From a virus (Duplodnaviria; Caudoviricetes), in the IMG/VR virus record IMGVR_UViG_3300012348_000076, positions 1 through 34,491 of that record: 34,491 nt of DNA. One strand, written 5' to 3'. Within the stretch, counting starts at the first letter, position 1, and every line of letters begins with the position of its first letter. Shown here piece after piece: positions 15,708-25,652 of this stretch. The notes under the pieces were generated by a model. It had not been told where the DNA came from and did not search any database. It saw only the letters and a program-made list of their open reading frames with translations. A program made the position numbers and the translations under genes.

Positions 15708-16158
15708 AGGCTTTATGGTATTCCTCTTCAGTGAGGATACCTGCTTTGTATTTATTCTCCGGACGGAAGATAGTCAGCTCTTGTTGTCTCATCTCAGGAG
15801 CGAAGCTGATGTGCATCCAGCGACCAAACTCATGGATGATCTGATCGAACTTGATACCAGCCTTCTTGACTTCCTGACACAACTGATACGGAGTCAGCTT
15901 AGAGCTAGAGACATCAATAGCCCAACCGTCCATGTGTGAGGAGACCTTAGAGCCTCCAACAGCCACGTTAACGGCAGGTAGACGTAACCATGAGTTGATA
16001 CGCAGAGGGCCAGTGAGTGCTCTCAGTTGCTCTAGCTTCTGAGCTGCTGTCTTCATGTTCTCTAACTGGACAGTAGAGGGCTGATTGTCGATACCGTTAC
16101 GTACAGCAGTCTCACTGTAGGTAGCCTCGTCCAATGAAAAATGCTCGCTTAATTGCAT
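15706..16158 (-). CDS. Endolysin, peptidase M15A family
   Basis: LSEHFSLDE, INSWLR...N.AVGG...SSHMDGWAID, FDQIIHE, WMHIS. Confidence 0.9.
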   Translation of the reverse strand: MQLSEHFSLDEATYSETAVRNGIDNQPSTVQLENMKTAAQKLEQLRALTGPLRINSWLRLPAVNVAVGGSKVSSHMDGWAIDVSSSKLTPYQLCQEVKKAGIKFDQIIHEFGRWMHISFAPEMRQQELTIFRPENKYKAGILTEEEYHKA

Positions 16159-16625
16159 GATTGATGCCCTTTCATATATTTAATAACTGCTTCTAATTCT
16201 TCAACTGAAGCGTCTGATTTAACTCTATTAGCTCTCCAAGAGATGATCTGAACATTACCCTTTATGTAACCTTTAGATGAGTCAATACGATCAATCGAAG
16301 GGGAAGTATCCACAAAACCTCTAACTTTTGTTCCTGTGTAGTTGAGTTCAATTCCTAGCACAGGGCAGACCGTAGGTAATGGAAGAAGATCTTGAATAGT
16401 TATATCAAACTCTCTGCCATCTTTTGTAGCTCTTCGTTTAGCCTGACCCAGAGTGTGTTTAATACGGTTCTCTGGTTTTGCCATCCATCGTTGTTTATCT
16501 TCTCGAACTTTTTGACGGTTAGCTTCGTTCCATTTGTTCTTAGTTTCTTTAACTTGTTCAGGATGAGCTTTACGCCAATTTAAAGTAGCCTTTTGACGGG
16601 GTGTCAAAGACTCACTAAGGTTCAT
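16149..16625 (-). CDS. HNH-type homing endonuclease
   Basis: CPVLGIEL...SPSIDRIDSSKGYIKGNVQIISWRANRVKSD; basic N-terminus. Confidence 0.88.
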   Translation of the reverse strand: MNLSESLTPRQKATLNWRKAHPEQVKETKNKWNEANRQKVREDKQRWMAKPENRIKHTLGQAKRRATKDGREFDITIQDLLPLPTVCPVLGIELNYTGTKVRGFVDTSPSIDRIDSSKGYIKGNVQIISWRANRVKSDASVEELEAVIKYMKGHQSCN

Positions 16626-16627
16626 GA

Positions 16628-16912
16628 TTACTCCTCGTCTTTAGTAGGTGCTGGTGAGCTTTTACGACCTGAGATAGCACCCATAGCGCCTACGCCCATA
16701 AATGCGATAGCTTTGAGGATCTCAAGGAACACAGCGTCGATAGGGGCTAATTCACCTGTCTGTTCTTCAAAGCCAATGAGCCACAGGACACCGAAGGCAA
16801 TAATCATTACCATACAAGTGATCGAACGCACGACAAAAGCCCATGTACGGATTTCAATCTCTTGTTCTGTTAAAGGCGGCTTATTCAGCCACTGTTGGAA
16901 CATTTCTTTCAT
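16628..16912 (-). CDS. Two-TM membrane protein (holin/antiholin candidate)
   Basis: Two hydrophobic helices; lies in the lysis cassette. Confidence 0.7.
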   Translation of the reverse strand: MKEMFQQWLNKPPLTEQEIEIRTWAFVVRSITCMVMIIAFGVLWLIGFEEQTGELAPIDAVFLEILKAIAFMGVGAMGAISGRKSSPAPTKDEE

Positions 16913-16915
16913 ATA

Positions 16916-17371
16916 TTACTTCTTACCTACTTTATCAGCTAGTTTTTCCATCGTTCTGCCACCGAAGTAGAAGGACATAACCAACATACCCCATTGACCT
17001 AACAGCTCCACATAAGCCCCACGAGTCTCATACTCAAAGATGGAAGCTATAGCGAAACCACTATAAGCAACCAACAAGAAGATGAGAACCATAGGACGGA
17101 TGTTCTTAGACAACCATGAGTCAGAAGACATATCAGCCTTCATGCGCTCAGTGAGGTTAGTCTGTTCAATTTCGTATTCTTTACAGTCGATCTCCTTGAG
17201 CTTCGCAGCTAACTCAGGATTGTCTTTGAGAGCTTGAGTGACTGCACTAGGTGAAGCCTCCACACCTAACTTAGCGGCAATAGCATTCATAGCCATACCA
17301 CCTAGAGGGCCACCTACGGCAGTAGCTAGAGCAGGTGCTGCATTTTTAAGCAAGTTCATTAGTTCATTCAT
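16916..17371 (-). CDS. Holin-like protein (GTA-type 3TM holin family)
   Basis: APALATAVGGPLGG, SDSWLSKNIRP, FYFGGRTMEK. Confidence 0.8.
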   Translation of the reverse strand: MNELMNLLKNAAPALATAVGGPLGGMAMNAIAAKLGVEASPSAVTQALKDNPELAAKLKEIDCKEYEIEQTNLTERMKADMSSDSWLSKNIRPMVLIFLLVAYSGFAIASIFEYETRGAYVELLGQWGMLVMSFYFGGRTMEKLADKVGKK

Positions 17372-17520
17372 TTAATTGCCTTACACGCCTCAACAGCGTC
17401 CTTTACGATAATGTATAAATAGAGTTCAAAAGGTAAGATGATGCAAAACAGTAGAGTAAGCAGCACTAGGAAGCTTACGTAGAGTGTCTCGCTAGAAGTA
17501 TCGCTGCTGTTAGTCCCCAT
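17368..17520 (-). CDS. Small single-TM protein (50 aa, MGTNSSDTSSETLYVSFLVLL...)
   Basis: Read manually; overlaps the 3' end of the 243-aa gene; ATGA coupling to the holin. Confidence 0.55.
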   Translation of the reverse strand: MGTNSSDTSSETLYVSFLVLLTLLFCIILPFELYLYIIVKDAVEACKAIK

Positions 17521-18206
17521 ATTTCCAATACCAATATAGCCATTACTACGACCAATGCTATCCGTTTCCTTACCTTAGCGATAAGACGTTGTTTCTTTAA
17601 TACTTCTTCTTTTCTATTCTTTATCGACAACAAGTGCGTTATCTCTTGCTTCTCCTGCACTATCCCGAACATCTCAACTACATCGCTATACAGAGCACCT
17701 AACTCAGCAGGACTTTGGTAGACCATGATCTCCCTGATCTCCTTCTGTAGCTTCTCCATCTCCTTCATAGCCACTACGTGATCTAGAGAGATGTCCAGTA
17801 GCTCATCAGGCTCAATATACTGAGTGTCTATCCTTAACTGCTGATCAGCTATCTTCTTCCTCATAGCTATCATCGCTTTAAAGAAGATCTTCAAGTTCTT
17901 GATGAGATCAGCTTTAATGTCCTGTTCACTGTGTACTACTTTAGCGATGCGGCGATTAGGGGCCTTATTCACCTCAGAAACTGAGGCGATTGCTTCCGTC
18001 ACTGAAGGCTTATCAGGTTCCTTCGACGGAAACAGCTTACTCTTAATGAACTCCCATAGACCTAGTACTTCATCTACGTGCTCTTTAGCCTCATCAAAGG
18101 TCTCCTTAGCTTTAAGGACTACACCTTTGTATTCTTTATATAGCTCACATCCCTGCTGGATAGCCTCAACAGCCTTGAGAGCACCAGCAAGGATTATTAG
18201 AGGCAT
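17475..18206 (-). CDS. Helical/coiled-coil protein with C-terminal TM anchor (243 aa)
   Basis: K/E-rich helices; RKRIALVVVMAILVLEIWGL hydrophobic tail. Confidence 0.75.
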   Translation of the reverse strand: MPLIILAGALKAVEAIQQGCELYKEYKGVVLKAKETFDEAKEHVDEVLGLWEFIKSKLFPSKEPDKPSVTEAIASVSEVNKAPNRRIAKVVHSEQDIKADLIKNLKIFFKAMIAMRKKIADQQLRIDTQYIEPDELLDISLDHVVAMKEMEKLQKEIREIMVYQSPAELGALYSDVVEMFGIVQEKQEITHLLSIKNRKEEVLKKQRLIAKVRKRIALVVVMAILVLEIWGLTAAILLARHST

Positions 18207-18209
18207 CGT

Positions 18210-19721
18210 TTAAGGTTGAGTCATTACACCACCAAGTAAACCTTGGTATTTATAGTTAGGTTGGTCTTTAGCTGTACCTGAAGCAATTGAGCGTGTCAAA
18301 GCTTCCACCTGACGACGTTTCATTGCACTCAAAGCTGTTTCAGCAGCCATACCGCCACCTGCTAAAGCTCCACCGATGACAGGATCATAAATGATTGCAC
18401 CGCCTGTAGCACCTGCCGACAAATGACTCTTACGTGGGTCAAATCGGGAAAGAACAGACAAGAAGTTTTCTACAGGGCCACCACCAATAACCGACTTCAT
18501 GGCGTTTACTTCAGCTTCGTTGAACATATTCCGTTTATTCTTATTAGCTAGAATATTCTCTAACTGTGAACGGATCAACTCAGCGTCTGATTTCCTAGGG
18601 TTATTAGCACGAGCATCAGCTACATTAAAAGCATCTTCAACCACTTGAGCCTTACTTGCAGCTCTCCAATCCTTACGCGCAGCCATTACAGCTTGTACCG
18701 ATTTATCAAGGCCGTCTTTTCCAGCAATAATATCTCGGCCTGTAAGACTACCAATGTAATCATCTACGCCCTCAACCATAACCTTACCTAAGCGGCGAGT
18801 GTTAGAGTCAGCATCGTTAGACAAGTTAGTAGCAATAGAACGCAACTTCTCAATTTTGTTGAAAGGTACTCGTTCAGTACCAATAATCTCTTGGAATGTG
18901 TCTAAGGCGTTAGCGATCTTTGTGTCAGTCTTAGGAATATAGTTATTGTTATCCAACTCTTTACGAAGGTTTCCCACCATATCTAAAGCACTCTTAGGCT
19001 TGACTGTTACACCTGCTTCATCCATCTTAGCGTAATTAGCAGCAGCACGAGCACGAACTTCAGGGATACTTAAAGTTCCTACCTTTGGTTCTAACATACC
19101 ACCAGCTTTACCAGCAGCGCCACCAGCAACCATAGAAGCGCCTAAGCCCACAGCAGTTCCTAGAAGAGGATTACCTGTGATGTCTGTAGTCAGTTCAGCA
19201 ACGGGTTGAGCTACAGCACCACCAGCGGCAGCAGCAGGGAGACTACGTGCGAGACTACCAGCAGCAGCGGGAGCTACCTTAGCTAGTCCTGCTTGTCCTG
19301 TCAATGCAGAGATACCGCCTTGAGCTAATTGTTCAGATGTTGTCTCAGGCACAGGAGCACCCATTTGATTCAACATGGCAGCTTGTTGCTGAGAAGAATA
19401 AGGTAAGCGACTTTGAGAACCAACTAAATTAGCGCCTACGTTGTACAGACCAGCACCGAAGTCTAACGCAGCCGTAGCAGGAGCTGTAAAAGCTTCATAC
19501 ACTGTGCGACCTGTCATAGCAGCTTGACGACCTAATTCTTGCATTCCTGTGCGAGGCTGTTCAACATCGGTACGACGAGGATCATTAGCCATCGTAGGAC
19601 GACCACGAGCAGGTTCCGCAGACTGTCCTAGATAAGCTTTAATCTTAGAGAGTGCTTGCTCATTAGACAAACCATCAGGAAGTTCGTATTCTTTACCACC
19701 GTATTCGTAAATAACTGCCAT
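18210..19721 (-). CDS. Probable internal virion / DNA ejection protein (503 aa)
   Basis: Ala/Gly-rich helical protein; last of three such genes after the tail genes. Confidence 0.7.
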   Translation of the reverse strand: MAVIYEYGGKEYELPDGLSNEQALSKIKAYLGQSAEPARGRPTMANDPRRTDVEQPRTGMQELGRQAAMTGRTVYEAFTAPATAALDFGAGLYNVGANLVGSQSRLPYSSQQQAAMLNQMGAPVPETTSEQLAQGGISALTGQAGLAKVAPAAAGSLARSLPAAAAGGAVAQPVAELTTDITGNPLLGTAVGLGASMVAGGAAGKAGGMLEPKVGTLSIPEVRARAAANYAKMDEAGVTVKPKSALDMVGNLRKELDNNNYIPKTDTKIANALDTFQEIIGTERVPFNKIEKLRSIATNLSNDADSNTRRLGKVMVEGVDDYIGSLTGRDIIAGKDGLDKSVQAVMAARKDWRAASKAQVVEDAFNVADARANNPRKSDAELIRSQLENILANKNKRNMFNEAEVNAMKSVIGGGPVENFLSVLSRFDPRKSHLSAGATGGAIIYDPVIGGALAGGGMAAETALSAMKRRQVEALTRSIASGTAKDQPNYKYQGLLGGVMTQP

Positions 19722-19727
19722 ATGTTT

Positions 19728-20819
19728 TTAGTCCAGTTTGATTCGTTTAGGTTGCTGTGGTTGTTGCGCTGTTTCGCCTACGTAATAAGGATCAACACCC
19801 TGAGACTTACGACGAGATTCAACACGCCCTTTAGCACGCTCTTGAGCAGCGATAATTGAGTCTTGATAACGCTTGAGTGCTTGGTACGTAGCTTCTGTAT
19901 CGTTACGACCATAAGCAGCAATCAAAGCCTTGGCAAAACGCAATACGTCTTTGTCAGTTTGAACACCCTTTTCAGCACTGACTTGTAAGTTAACAGCTGT
20001 GTCTACTGCTGACTTCAGACCCTCATATGAACGAGCTTCAGGGCTAGAATTACCTGCTGCTAGTTGAGCTTCATATTTAAGATTCTTTAATGGGCCAAGT
20101 TCTAGCTTACGTGCGCCTTTAGCATCAGGAGTCAAAGCCTCCAAAGCAGGTTTCAGTGCATCTACTTGACCAGTGTACGTATCAATCGTTTCAAGATCTT
20201 TACCTTCTTCCTTTTGCAGACTAGCTGGAAGCATTTTAGGAGGTTGATTACCTTTGAGTGCAGCAGCTAACTGAGCCAACTGATTACGGCTTTCAACTTG
20301 CATTCTAGCGATTTGAACAGCGGTATCGCCTCGCTCACGAGCAGCTTGAATCATTGCCTCATTACGTAAACGTGTAGCTTCTAATTGAGCTTCATTACGA
20401 TCTTTTGCAAGTTGGACTTGCATTTCACGTTGAGCTTGCTTTTCTTCAGTACGACCTGAGATCTGAGACTCAACATTACGAATTTCCAAAGCACGTTGAC
20501 TCAACTGCATTGCGCCTTGAGTGTCTCCAGCTTGAGCTAACGCCTGAGCTGCTTTAGTGATGGAAGTAACATCATTAGGGTCTAAGCCTTGCAAGACTTG
20601 TTGACGCATACTCTGCATCTTCAACTGAGGGTCTTGAGCACCTAAAGCACTTCCGATAGCTCCACCAGCTAAGTAACCACCTTGGTACAACTGAGCTGAT
20701 GCACGTTGTAGAGGATCTAATTGAGCTAGTTGTACGCCACGTTGAAGAGCGGCTTGACTTTGAGCTTGTTGATATTGTTCAGGCGTAGTGAATAAACCCA
20801 TGATCGAATCTGTTGCCAT
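19728..20819 (-). CDS. Probable internal virion / DNA ejection protein (363 aa; start MATDS)
   Basis: Gln/Ala-rich coiled coil; start inferred directly after the upstream stop. Confidence 0.7.
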   Translation of the reverse strand: MATDSIMGLFTTPEQYQQAQSQAALQRGVQLAQLDPLQRASAQLYQGGYLAGGAIGSALGAQDPQLKMQSMRQQVLQGLDPNDVTSITKAAQALAQAGDTQGAMQLSQRALEIRNVESQISGRTEEKQAQREMQVQLAKDRNEAQLEATRLRNEAMIQAARERGDTAVQIARMQVESRNQLAQLAAALKGNQPPKMLPASLQKEEGKDLETIDTYTGQVDALKPALEALTPDAKGARKLELGPLKNLKYEAQLAAGNSSPEARSYEGLKSAVDTAVNLQVSAEKGVQTDKDVLRFAKALIAAYGRNDTEATYQALKRYQDSIIAAQERAKGRVESRRKSQGVDPYYVGETAQQPQQPKRIKLD

Positions 20820-20820
20820 A

Positions 20821-21807
20821 TTAAACGCCGCCTTCCACGTTAAACATATTACCCCATACAGATTGAGAAGGTTGCTGTCCACCACCTGCGTAGCCGTAGA
20901 CGTTCTCAGCTCCGTATTGTTGGTTAGCTTGTTGGCTATTACCGTAAGCATTCAACCAGTTACCTATACCGCTACCGAAGGCTTGGTTAGAAGCTGCTCC
21001 ACTGATCGCAGTACCGAATGGAGAGTAAGCATTACCTGCCTGAGCTGTCCTAGCTGCTGCTAATCCACCTTGGAGTAATGTATTACCCACGTTAGCGCCA
21101 GCAGTAGCAGTACGACCACCAAGTTGAGCACCGATGTCCAGAGGAGACTGACCGAGCTGTTCCAACGTAGCAGCAGTACCCAACTGAGACTGTAACGGAG
21201 AGTAAGCACTTGAGAGCAAGCCTTGACCGAATGTGTATTGTTGCTGACCTGCTTGTTGAGCACTAGCGGCTAACTGGAGGTCTTGCAAGGCACGAGCGTT
21301 AGCCAGAGCTTGATACTCAGGGTTAGACATACCTAAGTTACCACCTTGAGCGATAGACAAGCCTGTACGACCTGTATTGCTTAGTTGGTTCAGTAACTGA
21401 GCTGACTGTTGTTCACGAGAAGGAGCCAACAGAGCTTGTTGATTAGCCATGTACTGCTGTGCAGCCTCTTGAGGAGACTGAGCCATATACTGTCTACCCA
21501 TGTTCTGAATGTTAGCTACATCCTGCTGAGTCTGAGGTAGACCGCCTAACAAACCACCTTGAACAGCTTGTAAGCGAGGATCTAAAGTGTATCCAGCACC
21601 TGTGAGATAACCTTCAGGGCTAAACTGGAAGTTAGACGTACCGAAGTTAGACGTAATGCCTACAGGACGGAACTTCTGAGCTTCAGCAGCCATCTGTGCC
21701 GATTGAAGCTGTGCTCTAGCTGCTGTATTAGCTGCGTCCTTAGCGGCTTCTCCTTGAATATATGCACCGAGGACGTTACCGCCCATGCTTGCTAATGCTG
21801 CTCCCAT
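20821..21807 (-). CDS. Probable DNA transfer / pilot protein (P22 gp7-like position, 328 aa)
   Basis: G/A/Q-rich; AAKDAANTAARAQ N-terminus; AGGAG RBS. Confidence 0.7.
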   Translation of the reverse strand: MGAALASMGGNVLGAYIQGEAAKDAANTAARAQLQSAQMAAEAQKFRPVGITSNFGTSNFQFSPEGYLTGAGYTLDPRLQAVQGGLLGGLPQTQQDVANIQNMGRQYMAQSPQEAAQQYMANQQALLAPSREQQSAQLLNQLSNTGRTGLSIAQGGNLGMSNPEYQALANARALQDLQLAASAQQAGQQQYTFGQGLLSSAYSPLQSQLGTAATLEQLGQSPLDIGAQLGGRTATAGANVGNTLLQGGLAAARTAQAGNAYSPFGTAISGAASNQAFGSGIGNWLNAYGNSQQANQQYGAENVYGYAGGGQQPSQSVWGNMFNVEGGV

Positions 21808-22100
21808 TATAGACTCCTAGTAAATATTTGACGAGTCTTGCCGTCTGTGCAAGCAACGTCTGAGTGATATTCAAATTTCATAAGTTTTAAAAACTTTCTA
21901 TGTTTACTGTCTTCAATATCGTGTAAAGCTAATATGGGTTTCTTATGTAAGACCATTAAAGTGTCTACATCTTTTTGCAAAGCAATCTTAACTTGTTTAT
22001 TCCACTTAGAACAATCACAATGGATAATGGTTTGTCCCATGTAGTATTCAAAATACACTACGTAGTTTTTACTATAGACTACGGGTGTCTTCATTACCAT
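21807..22100 (-). CDS. Small GNAT-like virion assembly protein (P22 gp14/T7 gp13 position)
   Basis: IHCDC..W...KFLKLMKFEY; synteny between tail and ejection genes. Confidence 0.55.
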   Translation of the reverse strand: MVMKTPVVYSKNYVVYFEYYMGQTIIHCDCSKWNKQVKIALQKDVDTLMVLHKKPILALHDIEDSKHRKFLKLMKFEYHSDVACTDGKTRQIFTRSL

Positions 22101-23032
22101 TCAATAAGAACAATACCTGCACCACCAGCGCCAGAGTTACCGCCTCCTCCACCGCCATAAGTACCAGCGCCTCCGCTACCGTTGTAGGCTCCGCTTGACC
22201 ATCCTCCTCCACCAAGCAATGAGCTTCCTCCTGCACCGCCGGAGTTACTTGCCCCTGCATTACCACCACCACCTCTGGTATTTATATCCCCACCTGAACC
22301 TATGCCACCAACACCTCCAGATGGAGTTGCGCCAGAAGCGCCACCGCTACCCGCAGTAGCTGAGATAGTGGTAATCGATTGCGTACCAGAAGCAACACTT
22401 GATGAACTACCTGCCCCACCGACAGTAACTGCCAAAGTGTTGCCGGGAGTCAAGCTAGTTAGGTACTTAATTGCTGCACCGCCAGCACCGCCGCCTCCTC
22501 CCGAACCATAATTAACATCAAATGCGCCACCAGCGCCGCCACCTGCGACAACTGTAACCTTGATTGTTGTAATGCCTGTTGGAATTGTAAATGTTCCGTT
22601 TGATGTAAAGACTTGTCCTTTACCGCCGCCAGAAACAGGGGCAGCTGAAGAAGCCCAAGTAGTTCCATTTGAGGTCAATACATTACCTGAAGTACCGGGA
22701 GCTACGGCTTGAACAGCACTTGTACCGTTACCCAACAAAACATTGTTAGCTGTCAAAGTAGTAGCGCCTGTACCACCGTTAGCGACAGGAAGAGTACCTG
22801 TAACACCAGTAGTCAAAGGAAGACCTGTGACGTTAGTCATTACTCCAGAAGCAGGAGTACCTAAAGCAGGAGTCACCAACGTAGGACTATTAAGGTCAGC
22901 TTTAGTGGCGATAGCTGTCGAGATAGCGTTGAATTCAGTGTCGAACTCAGTACCTTTAATGATCTTTAAAGGATTACCAGTTGAGAGGCTATCTTTACTG
23001 GTAAAATTCGTGCTCTTGGTGTAGTCTGTCAT
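22094..23032 (-). CDS. Tail fibre/needle protein with Gly-rich C-terminal domain
   Basis: IKGTEFDTEFNAISTAIATK anchor; GTLPVANGGTG repeat; FTSNGTFTIPTG...GGGG...GAGIVLIEW. Confidence 0.8.
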   Translation of the reverse strand: MTDYTKSTNFTSKDSLSTGNPLKIIKGTEFDTEFNAISTAIATKADLNSPTLVTPALGTPASGVMTNVTGLPLTTGVTGTLPVANGGTGATTLTANNVLLGNGTSAVQAVAPGTSGNVLTSNGTTWASSAAPVSGGGKGQVFTSNGTFTIPTGITTIKVTVVAGGGAGGAFDVNYGSGGGGGAGGAAIKYLTSLTPGNTLAVTVGGAGSSSSVASGTQSITTISATAGSGGASGATPSGGVGGIGSGGDINTRGGGGNAGASNSGGAGGSSLLGGGGWSSGAYNGSGGAGTYGGGGGGNSGAGGAGIVLIEW

Positions 23033-24576
23033 GTTAGTTTTCCGTTCTTCGCTTGAATCTCTAATTTCTGTATAGACAAGGGGAAGCTATTAATATCTGC
23101 TTCGTATCCTGTCTGAACAACTTTTCCTGAACCTGTAGGGTAGACTTTAAGTGTCTGCAAAGCTACACCGTTACTGTATTCTGATCCTGAAGTATTATAC
23201 TCGTTGACACCGAAATAAGCTACACCTTGAGCAGGAATCTGTACGTTCTGAGCTTGATAATTACCGTAGAAGTCATAACCCCACTTGAATGTCACATACT
23301 GGTTGCTACCACCAATGACAACAGCGTTAAGACGTTTCAAGACAGATGTAACTGATGGCGTACCTAAGTCGGTATGATTAGTAAAATACTGAAAACGATA
23401 AGTAGACGTATCATCTAAGTAACCAGTGTGTTTAGCAATGAAGCCTTCTTTACCGAGAAGCAAGGAACCATCTGTGAGGACACAGAAGCTCTTAGGCTCA
23501 ATACCTGACCAAGTTGTAACCCTAGCAGCACCATCTGGAAGAGCACCCTTCATGTCGAAGCAGTACACTGTCTTCAATACAGGGAGAGTCAACAAGTAGA
23601 AAGCATCTCTAGGTGAGTACACAGCCTTGATTGTCGCTAAGTTTTCACCAACTACAGCAGACATCAAGTCATTGCGTACATTCTTAGAGAGATCACGAAG
23701 AGGAGCTGACTTCTCTTGGATAGTACGAGTGACGCTACGCACACCAGTGTCAGACAAGAAGATAACGTCTGTACCTGTGTTAACCACTGAGTCTCTAGCG
23801 ATACAACCAATACCTGTGATGACATCGTACAGAGTCATCGTAGCAGGGGTGTTAGCTCCTGTGTACACTAAGATGTTATGCTTACCGAAGATAAACAAGA
23901 AGTTGTTGTGAGCAGCTAAGGCAACGATAGTGTCGCCACCTTTAGGCCACACAGTAGTTGTATCTAATGTACCTGCTGTACCTGAACCAAACTTATGAGG
24001 GTTCTTTAAATCAGTCCATTGAACAGTAACTTTGTCTGTTGTTGTATCAGCATTCCAGATACGTCCATAAGCACTTATAACAATATTAGCTAATTGGACT
24101 GTACCGTTATACCCAGCTTCTTGGTCTACACGATAGTATTGAGTTGTAGAGACTGCTGGATCAAAGCCGATAGGGACATGGCCTCGTTGATAGAAGTACA
24201 AGTCACCATCGAGGAAAGCTGTAGACCAGTTACTGTCTGTGATCGTAGGAGCTGTACCTACACCATTAAAGGTAACTTCAGAAAGTGTAGTACCTACTAA
24301 CTTAAAGATCTTGTTGTTACCTGCACACAAGGTGTAAGTAGATCCGTCTTTGTCTACCAATTCAGCGATAGTCTTGACATCGGCAGTGCCTAAGGCAGCT
24401 AATGTGCTATGCTGCTTAGACCATCCCTTACGAGCACCTACACGACCGTATTGGTCAATGATTGCATTGTTAGCAACTAAGGCAAAGCCAGAGGCCAAAT
24501 CCAGCGATGAATCCTGTGTGTTCAGGCCCATGAAGCCCGGAGCAGTGATCGAGAAGGATTGAATCTGTTGAGACAT
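23029..24576 (-). CDS. Tail nozzle / head-stabilisation protein (P22 gp10 / T7 gp12-like, 515 aa)
   Basis: Beta-rich; GIGCIARDSV...VIFLS..GV motif; start MSQQ inferred. Confidence 0.8.
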   Translation of the reverse strand: MSQQIQSFSITAPGFMGLNTQDSSLDLASGFALVANNAIIDQYGRVGARKGWSKQHSTLAALGTADVKTIAELVDKDGSTYTLCAGNNKIFKLVGTTLSEVTFNGVGTAPTITDSNWSTAFLDGDLYFYQRGHVPIGFDPAVSTTQYYRVDQEAGYNGTVQLANIVISAYGRIWNADTTTDKVTVQWTDLKNPHKFGSGTAGTLDTTTVWPKGGDTIVALAAHNNFLFIFGKHNILVYTGANTPATMTLYDVITGIGCIARDSVVNTGTDVIFLSDTGVRSVTRTIQEKSAPLRDLSKNVRNDLMSAVVGENLATIKAVYSPRDAFYLLTLPVLKTVYCFDMKGALPDGAARVTTWSGIEPKSFCVLTDGSLLLGKEGFIAKHTGYLDDTSTYRFQYFTNHTDLGTPSVTSVLKRLNAVVIGGSNQYVTFKWGYDFYGNYQAQNVQIPAQGVAYFGVNEYNTSGSEYSNGVALQTLKVYPTGSGKVVQTGYEADINSFPLSIQKLEIQAKNGKLT

Positions 24577-24577
24577 A

Positions 24578-25240
24578 TTAGGCAGGAACCCAAGCATCAT
24601 TCTCAGGTGAACGAGCCAGCTCAATAGCGATCACATCAGCTAAGGCTTTCTTAGCCAAAGCGTAGCACTCAGAGCTAGACAATCCACCATCTTCACCACG
24701 TTCAACCAAGGCTCTAGCGAGAGCACCTAAGACGATAGGCTCCTTAGCTAACTTAGTAGTATCTGAGTCAGCACTCATGTCAGATTCTGGCACAACCAAG
24801 CTAAAACGGATATTGTTAGTGCCTACTGGAATAGGCCAGAGCATAACTTGAGAATCACCGTTGCTATCTACACCGTTGAAGGCATACTCACTAGGATCAG
24901 CATTCTGAGGAGATGCGGAGCTGTAAACCCTACGTTCAATCTTATCGACAGTAGTAGGTGTTAATGAACCGTAGTCAGTGATGTCTAGTACGTTAGTGAC
25001 ACGGAAACGTGTACCAGCACCTGTCAAGGTATAGCCAGTGTATTGACTAGCTGTGGTAGTGACTGTCACAGAAGTGTTGAAGGCATCCCAATCGTAAGCA
25101 TCAGCAACTTCACGTTTAGAGTCATTCACGAACTTCCCTACCAATGTGCTCAGAGTGTTCTCAGCAACGGTAGAGACAGTAGGCTCACGAAGACGTACTA
25201 GAACGTCATTCACGAGAGAGAGGAAAGTCGGTAATGCCAT
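24578..25240 (-). CDS. Head-tail adaptor / tail tubular protein A-like
   Basis: TFLSLVNDVLVRLRE N-terminus; LWPIP; synteny. Confidence 0.75.
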   Translation of the reverse strand: MALPTFLSLVNDVLVRLREPTVSTVAENTLSTLVGKFVNDSKREVADAYDWDAFNTSVTVTTTASQYTGYTLTGAGTRFRVTNVLDITDYGSLTPTTVDKIERRVYSSASPQNADPSEYAFNGVDSNGDSQVMLWPIPVGTNNIRFSLVVPESDMSADSDTTKLAKEPIVLGALARALVERGEDGGLSSSECYALAKKALADVIAIELARSPENDAWVPA

Positions 25241-25242
25241 GA

Positions 25243-25437
25243 TTACTTGATTTTCTTAGCTTTGTTCTTCATGGTGCGCTGACCACGTATGGGCATCTTA
25301 GCTTCACTCAAGGCAATAGCGATAGCTTGCTTCTTGTCTTTAACGACAGGGCCACCTTTACCGCTATGAAGAGTACCTTCTTTGTACTCACCCATAACCT
25401 TACCTATTTTCTTAGTTTGTTTCTTAGTTGTAGCCAT
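25243..25437 (-). CDS. Small basic protein (DUF6496-like)
   Basis: KVMGEYKEGTLHSG...KQAIAIALSEA. Confidence 0.75.
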   Translation of the reverse strand: MATTKKQTKKIGKVMGEYKEGTLHSGKGGPVVKDKKQAIAIALSEAKMPIRGQRTMKNKAKKIK

Positions 25438-25448
25438 GTCCTGATTCC

Positions 25449-25652
25449 TTACTTAAATACTCTATCCATGAAGAATGTGATACCACCGCCAACTAAAGAT
25501 GCAATAGTCATCCCCATCCAGAAACCACCTTTAGACTTGTTGGCTAACTCTAAAAGGCTTCTTACGTCTTTACGCAAGTCGGATACTTCGCCTTGGAGGG
25601 CTTCAACCTGTGCTTCTAGCTTACCAAACTCACGAGCTGAAACCTCATCCAT
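25449..25652 (-). CDS. Coiled-coil plus TM protein (XhlA/holin-like, 67 aa)
   Basis: Heptad N-terminus, C-terminal hydrophobic helix; GGAG RBS. Confidence 0.7.
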   Translation of the reverse strand: MDEVSAREFGKLEAQVEALQGEVSDLRKDVRSLLELANKSKGGFWMGMTIASLVGGGITFFMDRVFK

